64,000 nt of DNA from Bugula neritina (taxonomy: Eukaryota; Animalia; Bryozoa): positions 1-64,000 of the forward strand of contig OZ037773.1 in NCBI GenBank assembly GCA_964035545.1. Reading direction: 5' to 3'. The notes beneath the pieces are model-generated. The model saw only the letters and a list, made by a program, of their open reading frames with translations. It was not told the origin of the DNA and did no database searches. This document shows, in pieces, positions 25,159-37,337 of the stretch. How positions within the stretch are numbered: the first letter of the stretch is position 1; each line of letters begins with the position of its first letter. The position numbers and the translations under genes were made by a program.

Positions 25159-25202
25159 TTTAAACACCCGAGGCTCACGGTGAATTCCGCCACCCGTGGG
25201 CC
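25159..25202 (+). promoter_or_regulatory. E2 gag-pol -1 ribosomal frameshift signal
   Basis: T_TTA_AAC in the gag frame, 6-nt spacer, stem GGCTCACGG/CCGTGGGCC; pol is in the -1 frame. Confidence 0.8.
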
Positions 25203-28200
25203 CCACGCCAATCCGGTCCGGGATAGGACTCGGAAGACAACAGAAGAGACCTCTCCAGAGTCGACCTACATCGAGTGGCACGCAAACCGGAGATCTCGGA
25301 GACCGAAAGGCCTACCCGATCCTCCTGCCCTGCCACTCGATACCCGGATGCAGCTAGAAGAAACCGGATGGCAGGCACCTCGGAGATCTCGGAGACCGCA
25401 AGGTCTACCCGATCCTCCAGCCTGGCCACTCCGTAACCGGTTCGCGGGGTTGCCCGAGGAGGTTGTGGAGGAAGATTCAGCTTACTCGCAAGAGTACCCC
25501 AAGCTACCCTCCCGACCTCAGAAAACCCCCGTTGCCTCTAAGACGAAAAGGAGGCCCGCTGTGCGGACCCAAGTTGTGTCTCCCCCAGAGACTGACCGCT
25601 CCAGGAGCACCCAGCCGTACGGAAGCAGCTACTTCCTGCCCGGGAAGATTTCGGGTAAAGCTGCCACATTCCTACTGGATACTGGGTGCACTACCAACCT
25701 GCTGAGTCGGCGTCTCTTTGACACTCTTGGGGCTCGAGAGCGGGCGAGCCTCGAGCCGTATGAAGGTGCGCATGGTACGTTGGCGGACGGATCATGCATT
25801 CCTTTCTACGGCGTCATCTCACTGCCTGGACGCGTCCGTGATCAAGCAATTCACGAGACGTTCATAGTCAGCCAGCTGAAGGAGGACGCCATCTTGGGAA
25901 TGCCCTTCCTGGAGAAACACCAGTGTCACATGGATTTCCAGAAGTCAGTGGTGGTGATGGCTGGGAAGGAACTTGTCTGTGTTGACAAGTTTGGCAGACC
26001 CTTGGTAGGCGGAGTCCAGGTAGTGCGGGACTGCACAGTTCCGGGGAGGTCCCAGGCGACTCTCCGATGCAGAGTCAACTGCAAGGGGATCGCCGGCCTG
26101 GGGATGGTTGAAGGAACGCACGGAGCCATCCGACTAGCAAACAGCCTGAATCGGCTAGATTGTCGGCAAGAGCTCCTCGTGCAGTGCATCAACCCCTTCA
26201 CGGAACCTGTTCGATTATCGGCCGGAGCGCTGGTGGGGAAGTACCACTCCATCCAGGAGGCGGATGTGGGTCCGGCACTGGAGACAGTGACCGACACCCA
26301 GGGGAACCCCCCTCACACCAGACGAGGAGCAGTCCCGGAGCACTTGGCTGACCTGTATGGCGGAGCATGCGGAAACTGTACGAGTAGTACTGAACGCCAA
26401 GTACTGGCTCAACTACTCGCGGAGTACAGTGATGTCTTCAGTCGTGGCGATGGAGACATGGGGCTGACAAAGATCATCTCCCACGAGATACCCTTGGCAG
26501 CCGGCACCACTCCCATCAGGCAGCCTACCCGACGTCTAGGCCCGGAGAAGGAGAAGGAGGTGAGCCGACAGGTACAGGATCTTCTGGACCGGGATCTGAT
26601 TGAGCCTGCCCACGGTGCGTGGAGCTCCCCAGTGGTCCTGGTCAAGAAGGATGGTAGCTGGAGATTCTGTGTGGACTACCGCAGACTCAACAGCGTTACC
26701 ATCCAGGACGCCTACCCTCTCCCACGGATAGATGAGTCTCTAGATGCCCTCGCGGGTAGCAAGTACTTCAGTACTTTGGATCTGCTTAGCGGGTACTGGC
26801 AAGTGCCCCTCAGTCCTGATGCCCAGGACAAAGCAGCATTCATTACTCGCGACGGGCTCTGGAAATGGAAAGTACTGCCATTCGGACTAACGTCCGCTCC
26901 GGCAACATTCCAACGACTCATGGAGCAAGTCCTCAGTGGGCTACACTGGAAGACTCTCCTCATCTATCTGGACGTTGTCATTGTCATCTCTCCGGACTTC
27001 TCGACTCATGTCAGTCGTCTACGGGAGGTCTTTGACCGCCTCCGGGCTGCTGGACTGAAGCTGAAGCCCTCCAAGTGTGCACTCCTGCAGCCAGAAGTCA
27101 CGTACCTGGGCCATGTGGTTGGCCGTGATGGAGTCGCTACCGATTCAGAGAAGGTACAAGCTGTGAAGGAGTGGACTGTCCTCCGTGACCTCCCTGAGTT
27201 GCGTGCTTTCCTGGGCCTAGTAGGGTACTACCGGCAGTACATACCTGGGTTCGCAGGAGTGGCTCAGCCGTTAAATCGGCTGACCGCAAAGGGAGTCCGG
27301 TGGCAGTGGACACAGGAAGAGCAGCAGGCATTCGACCACCTCAAGCAACGGCTAATGGAAGCGCCAATCCTGGCGTATCCTGATCCAGCCAAGGAGTACA
27401 TCCTGGACACCGACGCCAGCGACCACAGCGTGGGAGCCGTCTTGTCTCAAGTCCAGGGTGGAAGTGAGGTGGTCGTGGCTTACTACAGCAAGACTCTCGC
27501 GGCCGCCGAGAAGAACTACTGCACCACTAGGAAGGAACTCCTAGCAGTAGTCAAGGCGGTCAAGCACTTTCGGCCATATCTGTATGGGAAATCGTTCCGT
27601 CTGCGAACAGACCATGCATCACTGATATGGCTGTGTGAACGTGCAGAGCCCTCGAGCCAGGTGGCTCGTTGGCTAGAGATTCTTGCCGAGTTCTCTTACC
27701 GGATAGAGCACCGTGCAGGCCGGAAGCATGGGAACGCCGACGGCATGAGCCGCCGGCCGGTAGAGGACTGTAAGCAATGCCTGCACATTGAACAGCGGGA
27801 CGGGGGACCCGCTCGCCTTGACGTGGAAGCAGAACTAGTGGAGGGCACCGCCTACCAGTGGGAGCACGGCCATCTTCGGACCGAAACCCACCAGGACGGT
27901 GTCCAGGCGCTCCACGCCAACCCTACTCTGCACCAGAACGTCAAGGAGCTGTGCCGACTCCAGGAGACGCTACCCGGCGCGGTAGCGGACATCTTCCGGG
28001 CCAAGGAGGAGGGCCGACGGCCTAGCGAGGAACAGCAGCGGTAGGGAGGCGTTGAGTTCCAACTCCTCTGTCGTCGCTGGGATGCCCTCAAGGTCAGTCC
28101 TGATGGCCTCCTGATGATAACGTTAGCAGCAGACAACCGCCAGCAGAAGAGGGACCGCGTCGTCTGTCCATGCGCCCTCCGGCGGGAACTGATCTGGGAC

Positions 28201-30480
28201 ACCCATAAGCAGGCTCATGCTGGAGTCAGTCGGGTCATCAGGTGTCTGCGGCTGCGTTGGTATTGGCCCGGAATGACTCGGGACGTACGACTGCGGGTAC
28301 GGCAATGCGAGGTCTGCCAAGCTAGCAAGCATGGCCGCCCCACGGAAACCACTGGTCGACGCCGGCTGTACGCTGGTCGACCGTGGCAAGTAGTGGCGGT
28401 AGACCTCGTCGGGCCTATGCCGTTATCCGCCAGAGGGAATACCTGGATACTGGTGCTCACGGACCACTTTACCCGGTGGGCGGATGCTCTGGCTATTCCA
28501 GACGCAACCGCCCCCACGGTGGCCCGGACCCTGGACCAACATGTGTTCTGTTACCTCGGTTTGCCCGAGCAGATACATACGGACCAGGGTGCCCAGTTCC
28601 AGTCCCAGCTCATGGGAGACCTCTGCCGGATATGGGGGGTGAACCAGAGTCGGACCACCCCATATCACCCGCAAGGGAACGGAGTCGTCGAGCGGAACAG
28701 GATGTTGGGTGACGCGCTCCGGAGCCTGCTACTTGGTCGAGGTCAGGAAGAATGGGACGTGGTGCTGCCGCAGATCATGCGGGCTTACCGCAGCACACCA
28801 CACTCCGCCACGCAGGAGACCCCAAACTTCCTGATGCTAGGCCGAGAGACGCGGGTCCCGAAACACCTGACGTACCATGTTCCTGCCCCCGAGTCACCGG
28901 TACACGAGTATGTGGAGGGTCTGATGGACATCATGGGCAAAGCTCATGATGCGCTGCGTACCCAGCAGTGGCAGACCCGCACAGAGGACTCGGAGGAGCC
29001 CCCGTTGTACCAAGTGGGAGACTGGGTTTGGATGGTGAGCTACCGTAGGCGACGCGGACAGTCGGCTAAGCTTCAGCCCAAGTTCGTCGGCCCCTACTGT
29101 GTAGTGGAGGTGCTGCCCAACCACACGTACCGTGTGGAGCGCTCTGGACAGATCTCTGTCCAGAGCGAGCAGCGCCTCAAACCTTACCATGCCAGCCCAG
29201 ACGCGGTGGGTCAGGCTCCACCCCTCCTGGAGCCCCACCATCAGCCCAACCGTCGAGGACGGGCCACCCAGCCCCGAGAGGTGGAGATTATGGTCCCCAG
29301 GGAGACGGACCAGGAGCAGGCCGACTTGATAGAGCAGCTGGAGCGGCAGCAGAGAGCGGAGCGGGAACAGGAACAGCGACAAGCCCTTAGATCACAACCC
29401 TTTTCGGGGGAGGACACCCCCACCCCTGTACGGGGTGAAGACGGGGACCCCCCTACTAGGGCAGCCCAGGAGCCACCAACACCACCAGTGCCTGTTCCAC
29501 TTGAGAGGAGCCAGCGGCCAAGAAGACCTCCCAGGTACCTGGCAGACTATGCTGTAGGGCACCTGGAGTGGCCCCCTCCTGAGGACGACCCCCCCCACAC
29601 TGACTATCACCCCATCTTGGTTGGAAATTCCCTCCATCACCCCAGAGAATTCCACCAAGAAAAAGAAATGGCCGACCGAATTTCGGAAGACACTCGATCA
29701 CGCGAGTTGTCTTTTCGAAATCCGGGGGAAATTCCCACGAGCCACGCGACTCGGGCTTTAGCAGGTAAAACTTCTGAAGCACGAGGTTCGGCCATTTCTC
29801 ATTCTGATTTCACACAGCTCGCACGGCAGTTACAGCTCAAGCTAAATTCTGATTCTAATACTCATTTTGATTTTAACACTGTTCTCCAAACGCTATCAGC
29901 AGCTATGGGAATTACTTTACCAGACACGCAATCAGGTATTTCTTCTAGATTAGATCCTCCAGTTACGGAGTCTAGTCAAACTAAAGTAGACTGGTCTTTA
30001 CTAGACTTACTTGGTTCTGATTTCTTAGAACCGGAGGCCGAGATGGATCTTGGAGATGACTCTGCCATTGACACTTTGTTAAATCACGACGTAGGCTCAG
30101 TCAATTTCTGCGATACACCTCGGCCCTCGGTTTTTAATTTAACTCCATACACACCTGTGCCGAATTTCGGCGATAGTGAGACCGGCTTTTCACAGCCTCT
30201 ACTATCTATTCTAGAGGAGCGTATGGACGTTGAAGAGGCCAGTCGGTCCGACTCCCCTCTCCCACCGGCCCTTGCTTCGGCTTCTACCAGCCAGCAGGCC
30301 GCAACCTCCTCCACAGAGGTGTGTTCCGCCATCGTTAGTGGCCCTGACCCCAAACCGGTCGAGCTCCAGCTCACGGCCGGGGAGGAGCAGGGCATCCTAC
30401 ACGGCGACCACCTGCCAGCAGAAGAAGACAACTCCCCAATACTGGCCCTGCCTCAGGCCCTGGTCGCCCGCCAGTATTAG
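25180..30480 (+). pseudogene. pol: E2 pol with TAG at 28042, YLDD>YLDV, and a long open C-terminal extension
   Basis: LDTG protease, RT, RNase H, HHCC/DDE integrase; 25180-28044 and 28114-30480 share a frame. Confidence 0.93.
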
Positions 30481-31140
30481 GTGACTGGACCCACCAATCT
30501 TAAGATTGGTGAAGCTTGCGGTGAGCCGGGCAACCGCATCTGCCATGAGTGTAAGAGGAAGTTCTCCTCTGCACGGCGGTTGCGTGTACACGCCCCACAG
30601 CACTACATCAACGTGTTTTGCCCGTGTGGGGAGTTCTCCTACCAGAGAGACTATGTGTTGAGACATCAACGCATAGCTCACTGCCACACGGGCTACACGT
30701 TTGCTGTAGACCAGGCCTCCTTTCCCAAGTTTCGGGACCTGGTGCTGCCACACGTGGCGGATTCCCATAAACGGGCTGCTCTCGCCCTGGGATTCCCCGC
30801 GTGTAGGCCTGTTCGGGAAGAAGAAGGGGAGCCCGCCGCGACACCCCAACCGGCAGCCACCCAGCCACTTCGGGTCATGCTGGCACGAGTCGGACCAGGC
30901 GCCAGGACCGATTCATCGGACCTGGGCCCCCGACCCTCGGCGGCGGGCGAGAAGCAGACGCACCGCCAGCGACGTCCTACCCATGGTGCCACCGACCGCT
31001 CCAGACACCAGACGTCGGCCCAGTTAGCAGAGGAGGTACAACATCTCCGCCGGCAGCTCCGCAGGTATGAGGAAGAGCTGGGGCAACTCCGGAGACGTGT
31101 TAGCCGCCTGGAGCGGGGCCGATCTGGAGACCGCCGCTGA
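30481..31140 (+). pseudogene. E2 zinc-finger/coiled-coil accessory ORF (upstream TAG aligns to a conserved Trp)
   Basis: CHEC-x12-H-x3-H; CPC-x12-H; LAEEVQHLRRQLRRYEEELGQLRRRVSRL. Confidence 0.8.
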
Positions 31141-31437
31141 GACTATTTGTATAGTATTTTCTTTCCTATCTTATTTCTTTGTTTTTTTTATATATGTGTG
31201 TAAGTTCTTCGTGAAATGTATGTACCTATTCATGCTCTGTTTTTTTTGTGTGTGCACAATTTTCCCTGTTTTTTTTGTTATCATTGTATTATTAATGTCA
31301 CTGCATGTTACCGTTTTGTTTTTTTTGTGTGTGTGTTACTTATCAACTGTGTGTTTTATTGTCGTGTCATTCCCTGTTGTGTGTTTGTGTTGCGTACGCC
31401 TCTTTATCGGAAAGCATGCTTTCCGATGGGGGGTGTG

Positions 31438-31800
31438 TGTGGTAAAATTATGTTGTGTGTGTGTGTCCTCCGAAACACCGATATGCCGATTCTCGGCATA
31501 TCGGAATACCGAAGTACCGAAATGCCGGATTCGGCATTTCGGATTCCCGAAGTGCCGATATTCGGTATTTTGGGCCTCCGATCTCGGCAAACAAAGGAAT
31601 GTCTTTGTCCTGCATGTATATAAAAGCCAGCGAGTTCCAGTATAGTTCAGTCTACTACTGGAGCTCGCTGGACAAAGACCATTGATTCACTCGGACTATA
31701 CTACAATAAAGCTATCTACCTTCTACCTTATTTCTCGCCTTGTTTCTCATAACAAGCATGTAAAGCACTAGTTTCATTCACAACCCACAAAACTATCACA
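31438..31800 (+). repeat. E2 3' LTR
   Basis: TGTGGT..ATCACA after the G-rich PPT; TATATAAAA at 31617-25 and an AATAAA downstream; host paralogous sequence resumes exactly at 31801. Confidence 0.85.
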
Positions 31801-33978
31801 GTAGTTGTTGCTTTCCTAGTATTTTATTTGTGTTATAATAGCTGTTGATATATGCTGGATTATTTTGGTCTGTAGTTGACACTGAATTTATGTACCCATT
31901 ACTTTATTATGCTGGAGGGTTTAAATCACTTTTGAATTATGATAAAACTTTTTTGTTTGACTTATTTAGGATTATTGTGCAGTGAGATACATTACATCAT
32001 ATTATATTACATTTAACATTCTAATTGTATTCAGCAAATCTATTTTTGTAGATAAATATAAATTTTAAAATAGTTAAATTAAAACTATTTAATCCAACTG
32101 TGCAATCCATTTGATTAACCACTACTTTCTGCTGGTTGTATGTATGAGGGCAATTCAAAAAGTAAAGATAATTTTGCCATAAGTCAAGTTGTAATCGAAT
32201 TAGGGACTTAATTTTTTTTCAGCATAATTTCTTGGCCAGCAAACACCTTTCTGTCATCTTGGTACTATCTTTTTTATTCCCTCAGCATAAGATTCGGTAG
32301 ATTGACTCAGCAAAATTTTGCTCCAAGTAGTTCGGACCTTGTCATGAGTCTCTTTGTGAATGAATAGTTTCGGTGTGGAACTTAGAGCACGAAGAAATTG
32401 TATTTACAAGGTGAAGGACTAGGATTCTCCAATAGTTAGGGACCTAGTTGATGTTCTCAACGGTTTGAATGGCAGATTATGGTCTTCCAGCGTCTTTGTG
32501 GATATTACACTGTGATTACATGCCTATTCTCTTCTACTTAATCTCTTTTAAACTTAGATGAAATGCACTGTTTCAATGGAGATGTTTATTAAATTAGCAA
32601 AGTTGTCGTTCAATGCTGTTACTTTCCTGACTACCCTGACAAAAGTCTCTAAATTCCCCAAGTTGGCTGGTCTAGCCGCCTCTTCTGCTATTGGCCTACC
32701 TGACTCAAGTTCACTCTCCAAAGAGGTTGTTCAATCCTTAAAACTGTTAGCCCATTTAAAAACTTGGTTTTGGTTTAAACAGCTGTCACCATATTGAGCT
32801 GTCATTCCCCTATAAATTTCATTTGGTCTGACGCCCTAAATTGACAAAAACTTTAATATAGCTCTCTGTTCAATGTGAGCGAATTTTTAGTGAGGCTGCC
32901 CACATTAATTATACACTCTTAAATAAAAACTATTTCCTCAAAACTGTTAAAATGATTACTGTGTAAAGACAACTTTTGAAACAACATAATATTGAAAACT
33001 TAGGCACGAATTACAATTATACTCTGTTTTAGAAAGAATGTATCTTTACTTTTCAAATCACCCTCGTAATTCTTTAAGTAAGCATTATGTGTGTCTGTTG
33101 ACTTGTTAAAGTACTTGCCTATTCAAGTTTTTTGAGTCATTGATTTTAATTATCTGAAACTTGGTTAGTCTGTGACTTGGTTTGCTTTGACTTGCTGTTA
33201 CCTCAACACGACTCTGGTCACCCTGCTATCTGTTGTACACACCAATTCATCAGCACTCATTTGGTAGGCAACTTCATACAATATAATAATAGCATTAGCT
33301 TTTATAAATTTCTCTCTTTTTAGCATTAATTTCTTCCATTTTGAAAGTTTTTGCCTGGCAGGTTAATTAGCTACTGTATATCTCAGTTTATGAGCTTGTA
33401 TTTATAATGTTTACTATACTTTGTTGTTTGTTGTTTACAGGAAAATGAATTTTCCCTGGATAACCATTTTCAAAGTATTGCTAGCATCTAGCTACACCCT
33501 TGGTGAGTTAATATTTCTAAAGCTAACATCTCCAGTGTTTGTTAGGTCCGGTTCTTACTTTTAAATGAATCGTTGTAATGACTGCTCCATTCCCTTCAGA
33601 TATGATTCTTATGCTCACACAACTGTGACTAATGAAATACCTTGTTTTAACTTGTAATGTTTGAAAAATTCTTATGTGGCTCTTGGCTCGTTTAGCAGTT
33701 ATTTTCTCATGCACCTACAGAGGCTCTCAATAAATGAAACAAATAGATTAAAGACGCAGTAAACAATCTACTTGGTTTAAAAAAGTCATTTCTGTTTTTG
33801 TTGCCTTTTCTTGCAGTAGATGATGTCATAGGTCATGCAGTATTCCCAGTTTAAATCTATTTATAGTATGTTTAAACCAATACGAAGGATTTAATTACTC
33901 ATCTCGATTGTCACTACATTAGTTTTGTGTTTTTTTATCAAAGTGTTTCATAAAAGTCCCAATGATTTGGACAAGGAT
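31801..33978 (+). repeat. Segmental duplication copy B
   Basis: Paralogous to 8439-10475 and 18088-18200. Confidence 0.9.
32143..33068 (-). mobile_element. Non-autonomous mariner-like element (copy B)
   Basis: TIRs tatgagggcaattcaaaaagtaaagata / tatctttacttttcaaatcaccctcgta with TA ends. Confidence 0.78.
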
Positions 33979-36900
33979 TATCCTATCATTTTTACAAATG
34001 GAGTAATGATGAGCTAAACTGTTGAAACTACATATGTTTAGGTCAACCATCTACAGAGATAGACTACACTACTACAAGCTCACCAGACCTCTATAAAGAT
34101 GAGAAGATAACTTTCACATGTGAAGCATCTGGTTATACTGATCTGAGAATCTTACAGTTACGATATGAAGTTGATGGAGACAGTACAATCTACAGAAGTG
34201 GATGTATTCCAAATCCTGAGGATGACACAGTATGGGTGAGCTTCTCAATTCCAGAGATTAATACTGTCTCTGGAATAGAAGGACCAGGAGTCAGTGATGC
34301 AGACTGTAACTCAGTTGGTAAACCTGAAGGGTTCACTCTTCCTGTACAACTTACTGTAACTGATTCATCACTCAAAGGGAAGTTCTACTGCAGAGGGTTT
34401 GACGAAGGAGGAAGTGTGGGAGAAGTTCTCTCTTCAGAAGTTTCAATGGAAGTAAAAGGTGAACACTTCAAACTAATTTCTTTGGTCACTGATAGCTTTT
34501 ATATACCACTTTAGCAATTTCTAGTACAACTTCTCATAGTTTTTACCAACTTCCTGCTTCCTCCTCGTAGACAAATTCAACTGTTCCCAAGATTGGTATT
34601 GTTGGTATTAAAATAGTATGTTTGGTATGCATTATATGGATAGTGGATAGTATTTGTTTTATTTGGCCTTTGTTGGATGATTCTGTCCAATATCTCATGG
34701 GCAGATCTAATGATAAAATTCATCTTATCCCATGATGATGGTGGTTAGTTAAATCAAAATAGTATATTTGCTATCCTTGTTTGGTAGAGGACAAATTTTA
34801 GTTTATTATACCTTTGTTGGAGATTTTCTGTTCAGGATCACATAAGGATATCTGGTTCACATGTAGTTTTAGATAACTGTTATCATAGGCAGACTTGGAA
34901 ATTTGCAGTGTTGCTGTTTAAATTTACTTTTTCTATTGACACAATTTACCCAGAATACAGCACATGGCCTTTACTGCAGTCCTAACCTAATTTACAATAC
35001 ATCAATGCACCTGTATTTGAAAATTTATATTGTGCACTCTTTCATTCTACAGTTGCACCAACTGGCATATCACTTAATAAACCAGCAACTATTATAGAAG
35101 GGGAAGAATTTACCTTTGATTGTAACTCTACAGGAGCAGATCCTGTGTCAGTCTATGAATACAGTAAGTATATACATGTCTAAATGTTATGCAACAAGCT
35201 TTCCCAGGCTTTCTATCTAAGAAACTAGAGACAAATTAATTTTTTTGATTTAATCAACAACAAACTAGGTTTTAGTTTAGCTAATTATTTTATACAAGTG
35301 ATGTAATATACAGTGCTCCCTCCATATCTCAGAGCTCTCCATTCCTAACAAAGTAACATAGGACATGAGAAGAACTTGAATTCCTGTTTGTAACTTATAT
35401 ATATATGTGTGTATATAGAGACAAAATGTCGGTATTTAACTGTTCTGTGAGTTAACTCTGGTATTCTGCTATGTCACAGATAAGGGTATCAGACCAGTAG
35501 GTTTCGAGGGAGCACTGTATTCCTATTTAATTATTTAAAAATGTGAATGTTGTAAAACTCTGAGAATATTATCTAATGAGTTTTCAATAGTTTATAAATC
35601 AGTTTGCTATAATAGATTGAAATGTAAGAAGTTAGATGATTGGACAAAAAGTGTCTACAGTCTTTTTCAGTTTCAATTAAATAACCAATAATATTCATCA
35701 ACCACAAACTAACTCGCCTGTTATATCGTGAAATTTTTTATTAAAATTAAGCTGGAACTAATTTTTTCTTGCTGAAAGAAGGTTTAAGGCTGATTTAGCA
35801 ACTGTAACAAAAACATTTTTCTAATTTATTTTTGAAGTATTGCAGGAAAGTAGAAAATGTGCACAGATAAGTCCTGAGCAAATTTACCATAGAAGTGTCC
35901 TTGTAGGCTGTATTTATACTTTTTACTTCTTCTCTGGTAGTTTTCTTGCCATGACACACTTCACTTACACAGTATTAAAATATTGTTATATATGTTACTT
36001 TTCATTTGCATTCTGTTTTATAATGAATTTTGTTCGAGTATGTGCTGAAATGATTTAGGATTTCTGATTGCATGAAAATCAAATTTTCAGTCGCCCTTAC
36101 CTTTACCTTTACCATCCAACCTTAAAACAGTATTTAAATGAAAACTAACACATTACTATAAGAATCTTTCAGTACTGCATCGGTGAAGTGTGCAGGGAGT
36201 CTTTAAAGAATTAGTATACATGGACATGTTTTATTTATTAGAGGTAAATGGTAACACAGTGGATGGAAAATATACTCCTACTGAGGCAGACAGAGCTGGA
36301 CTAACTTTATCCTGTACAGATACAAAACATTCTAAGTGGAAGGGAGGGAATACTGAACAAACTGTTGCCATCACACCACAGTGTAAGTAAGCACCATCAG
36401 TATTTTTCTTGTTATACCTACTCTTTGAATGTGAAATTTCTAGTTGACATGTAAGGTGCTAGACCAGGGGTGTCCAACCTTTCAATGGGAGTGCCTCTGA
36501 AGGGGAATATTCCAGTGGCAAGACCCATATTTTGAACTTTAGTTTGAACTGGGTATCGCAGCGTCAGTTAATTTTATATATTTTATTCTAAAGTCTTATT
36601 TATCAATACAAAGTAAAGTCCCAATACTTACTGCATACTACACTTTGGAGCATTTATATAAATAATACATTTAAAAGGTGGTTTTTCTCTCAAATTAATA
36701 TATGTGTGAAAAATAGTTTTATTTGTTATGCCTTTGAGAGCCACATAAATGTAGGCTGGGGGCCACATCCGGTCCTTGGGCCTCCTGTTAGACAGCCCTG
36801 TGCTATGAATTTTATTTTTGTAGACTTGGATAGAAAGGCTGATGCTCCAGATCCAATTGTGAAAGAATTTAACCCTGGACATTCTGATGTTAGATTAGAT

Positions 36901-37337
36901 TGTAGCCAACATGTGAATGCCAACCCACCACCCTCTACGTTCACTTGGACATATAATGGAGTTGTGACAGATGAATCATCCAATGAGCTGACCCTTATTC
37001 CTCGGACAAACGGTGTATCAGAAACAGCTGAATGTACAGCTGAAAATGGCTTATGTAAGAATTAGCACTCATATAAATGAATGAGAATTGTAAATGTTTT
37101 TTCTAATTTGTGGTTGTTTCTAAAGTTAAAACTTATTTTTTTCTTGAAAGTTTCTTTAAATCTGTTTCAGCAAAGACAGTGACTATCAAATGGAACATAA
37201 TGTGGGAGGATACTGCCACAATACCCCTTACAACCCCCATTACAACTGCTGTGAACAAGGGAGGTCTGATAGGTGGCATACTTTCTACTTTCATTGCAGT
37301 GATAGTTGCAGTAGTAGTCTCAGGAGTGATTAGATAA
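33445..37337 (+). CDS. Type-I membrane protein with signal peptide, 3 Ig-like domains and TM helix (374 aa)
   Basis: Exons 33445-33502, 34042-34458, 35053-35163, 36242-36382, 36824-37054 and 37171-37337; all introns are GT-AG phase 1; the spliced 1125 nt are open. Motifs: ITFTC..GKFYC; FTFDC..LTLSC; VRLDC..ANPPPSTFTW..AECTAEN; TM GLIGGILSTFIAVIVAVVVSGVI. Confidence 0.85.
35311..35517. mobile_element. Tc1/mariner-type MITE in an Ig-gene intron
   Basis: TIR CAGTGCTCCCTC / GAGGGAGCACTG, flanked by TA. Confidence 0.75.
36465..36800. mobile_element. hAT-like MITE in an Ig-gene intron
   Basis: CAGGGGTGTCCAAC..GTTAGACAGCCCTG; degenerate 8-bp TSD tgctagac/tgctatga. Confidence 0.65.

Larger units (their letters stand above)
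25040..31800 (+). mobile_element. Ty3/Gypsy element E2, 5'-truncated
   Basis: Gag knuckle CWECGMPGHVRRHC (~25100-25141), frameshift site, pol, zinc-finger ORF, PPT and 3' LTR 31438-31800; no 5' LTR or PBS. Confidence 0.92.

Noticed and set aside
30478-30486. Programmed TAG readthrough in E2
   Set aside because: The stop aligns with Trp in E1 and E3, and E2 has other inactivating changes; a point mutation is simpler.
31470-31590. CRISPR-like appearance of the palindromic repeats (also 43731-43806)
   Set aside because: No unique spacers of constant length, eukaryotic context, and both lie inside LTRs.
31067-31645. Hydrophobic 192-aa ORF as a membrane protein
   Set aside because: It arises from the T/G-rich 3' UTR and LTR of E2 and has no counterpart in E1, E3 or E4.
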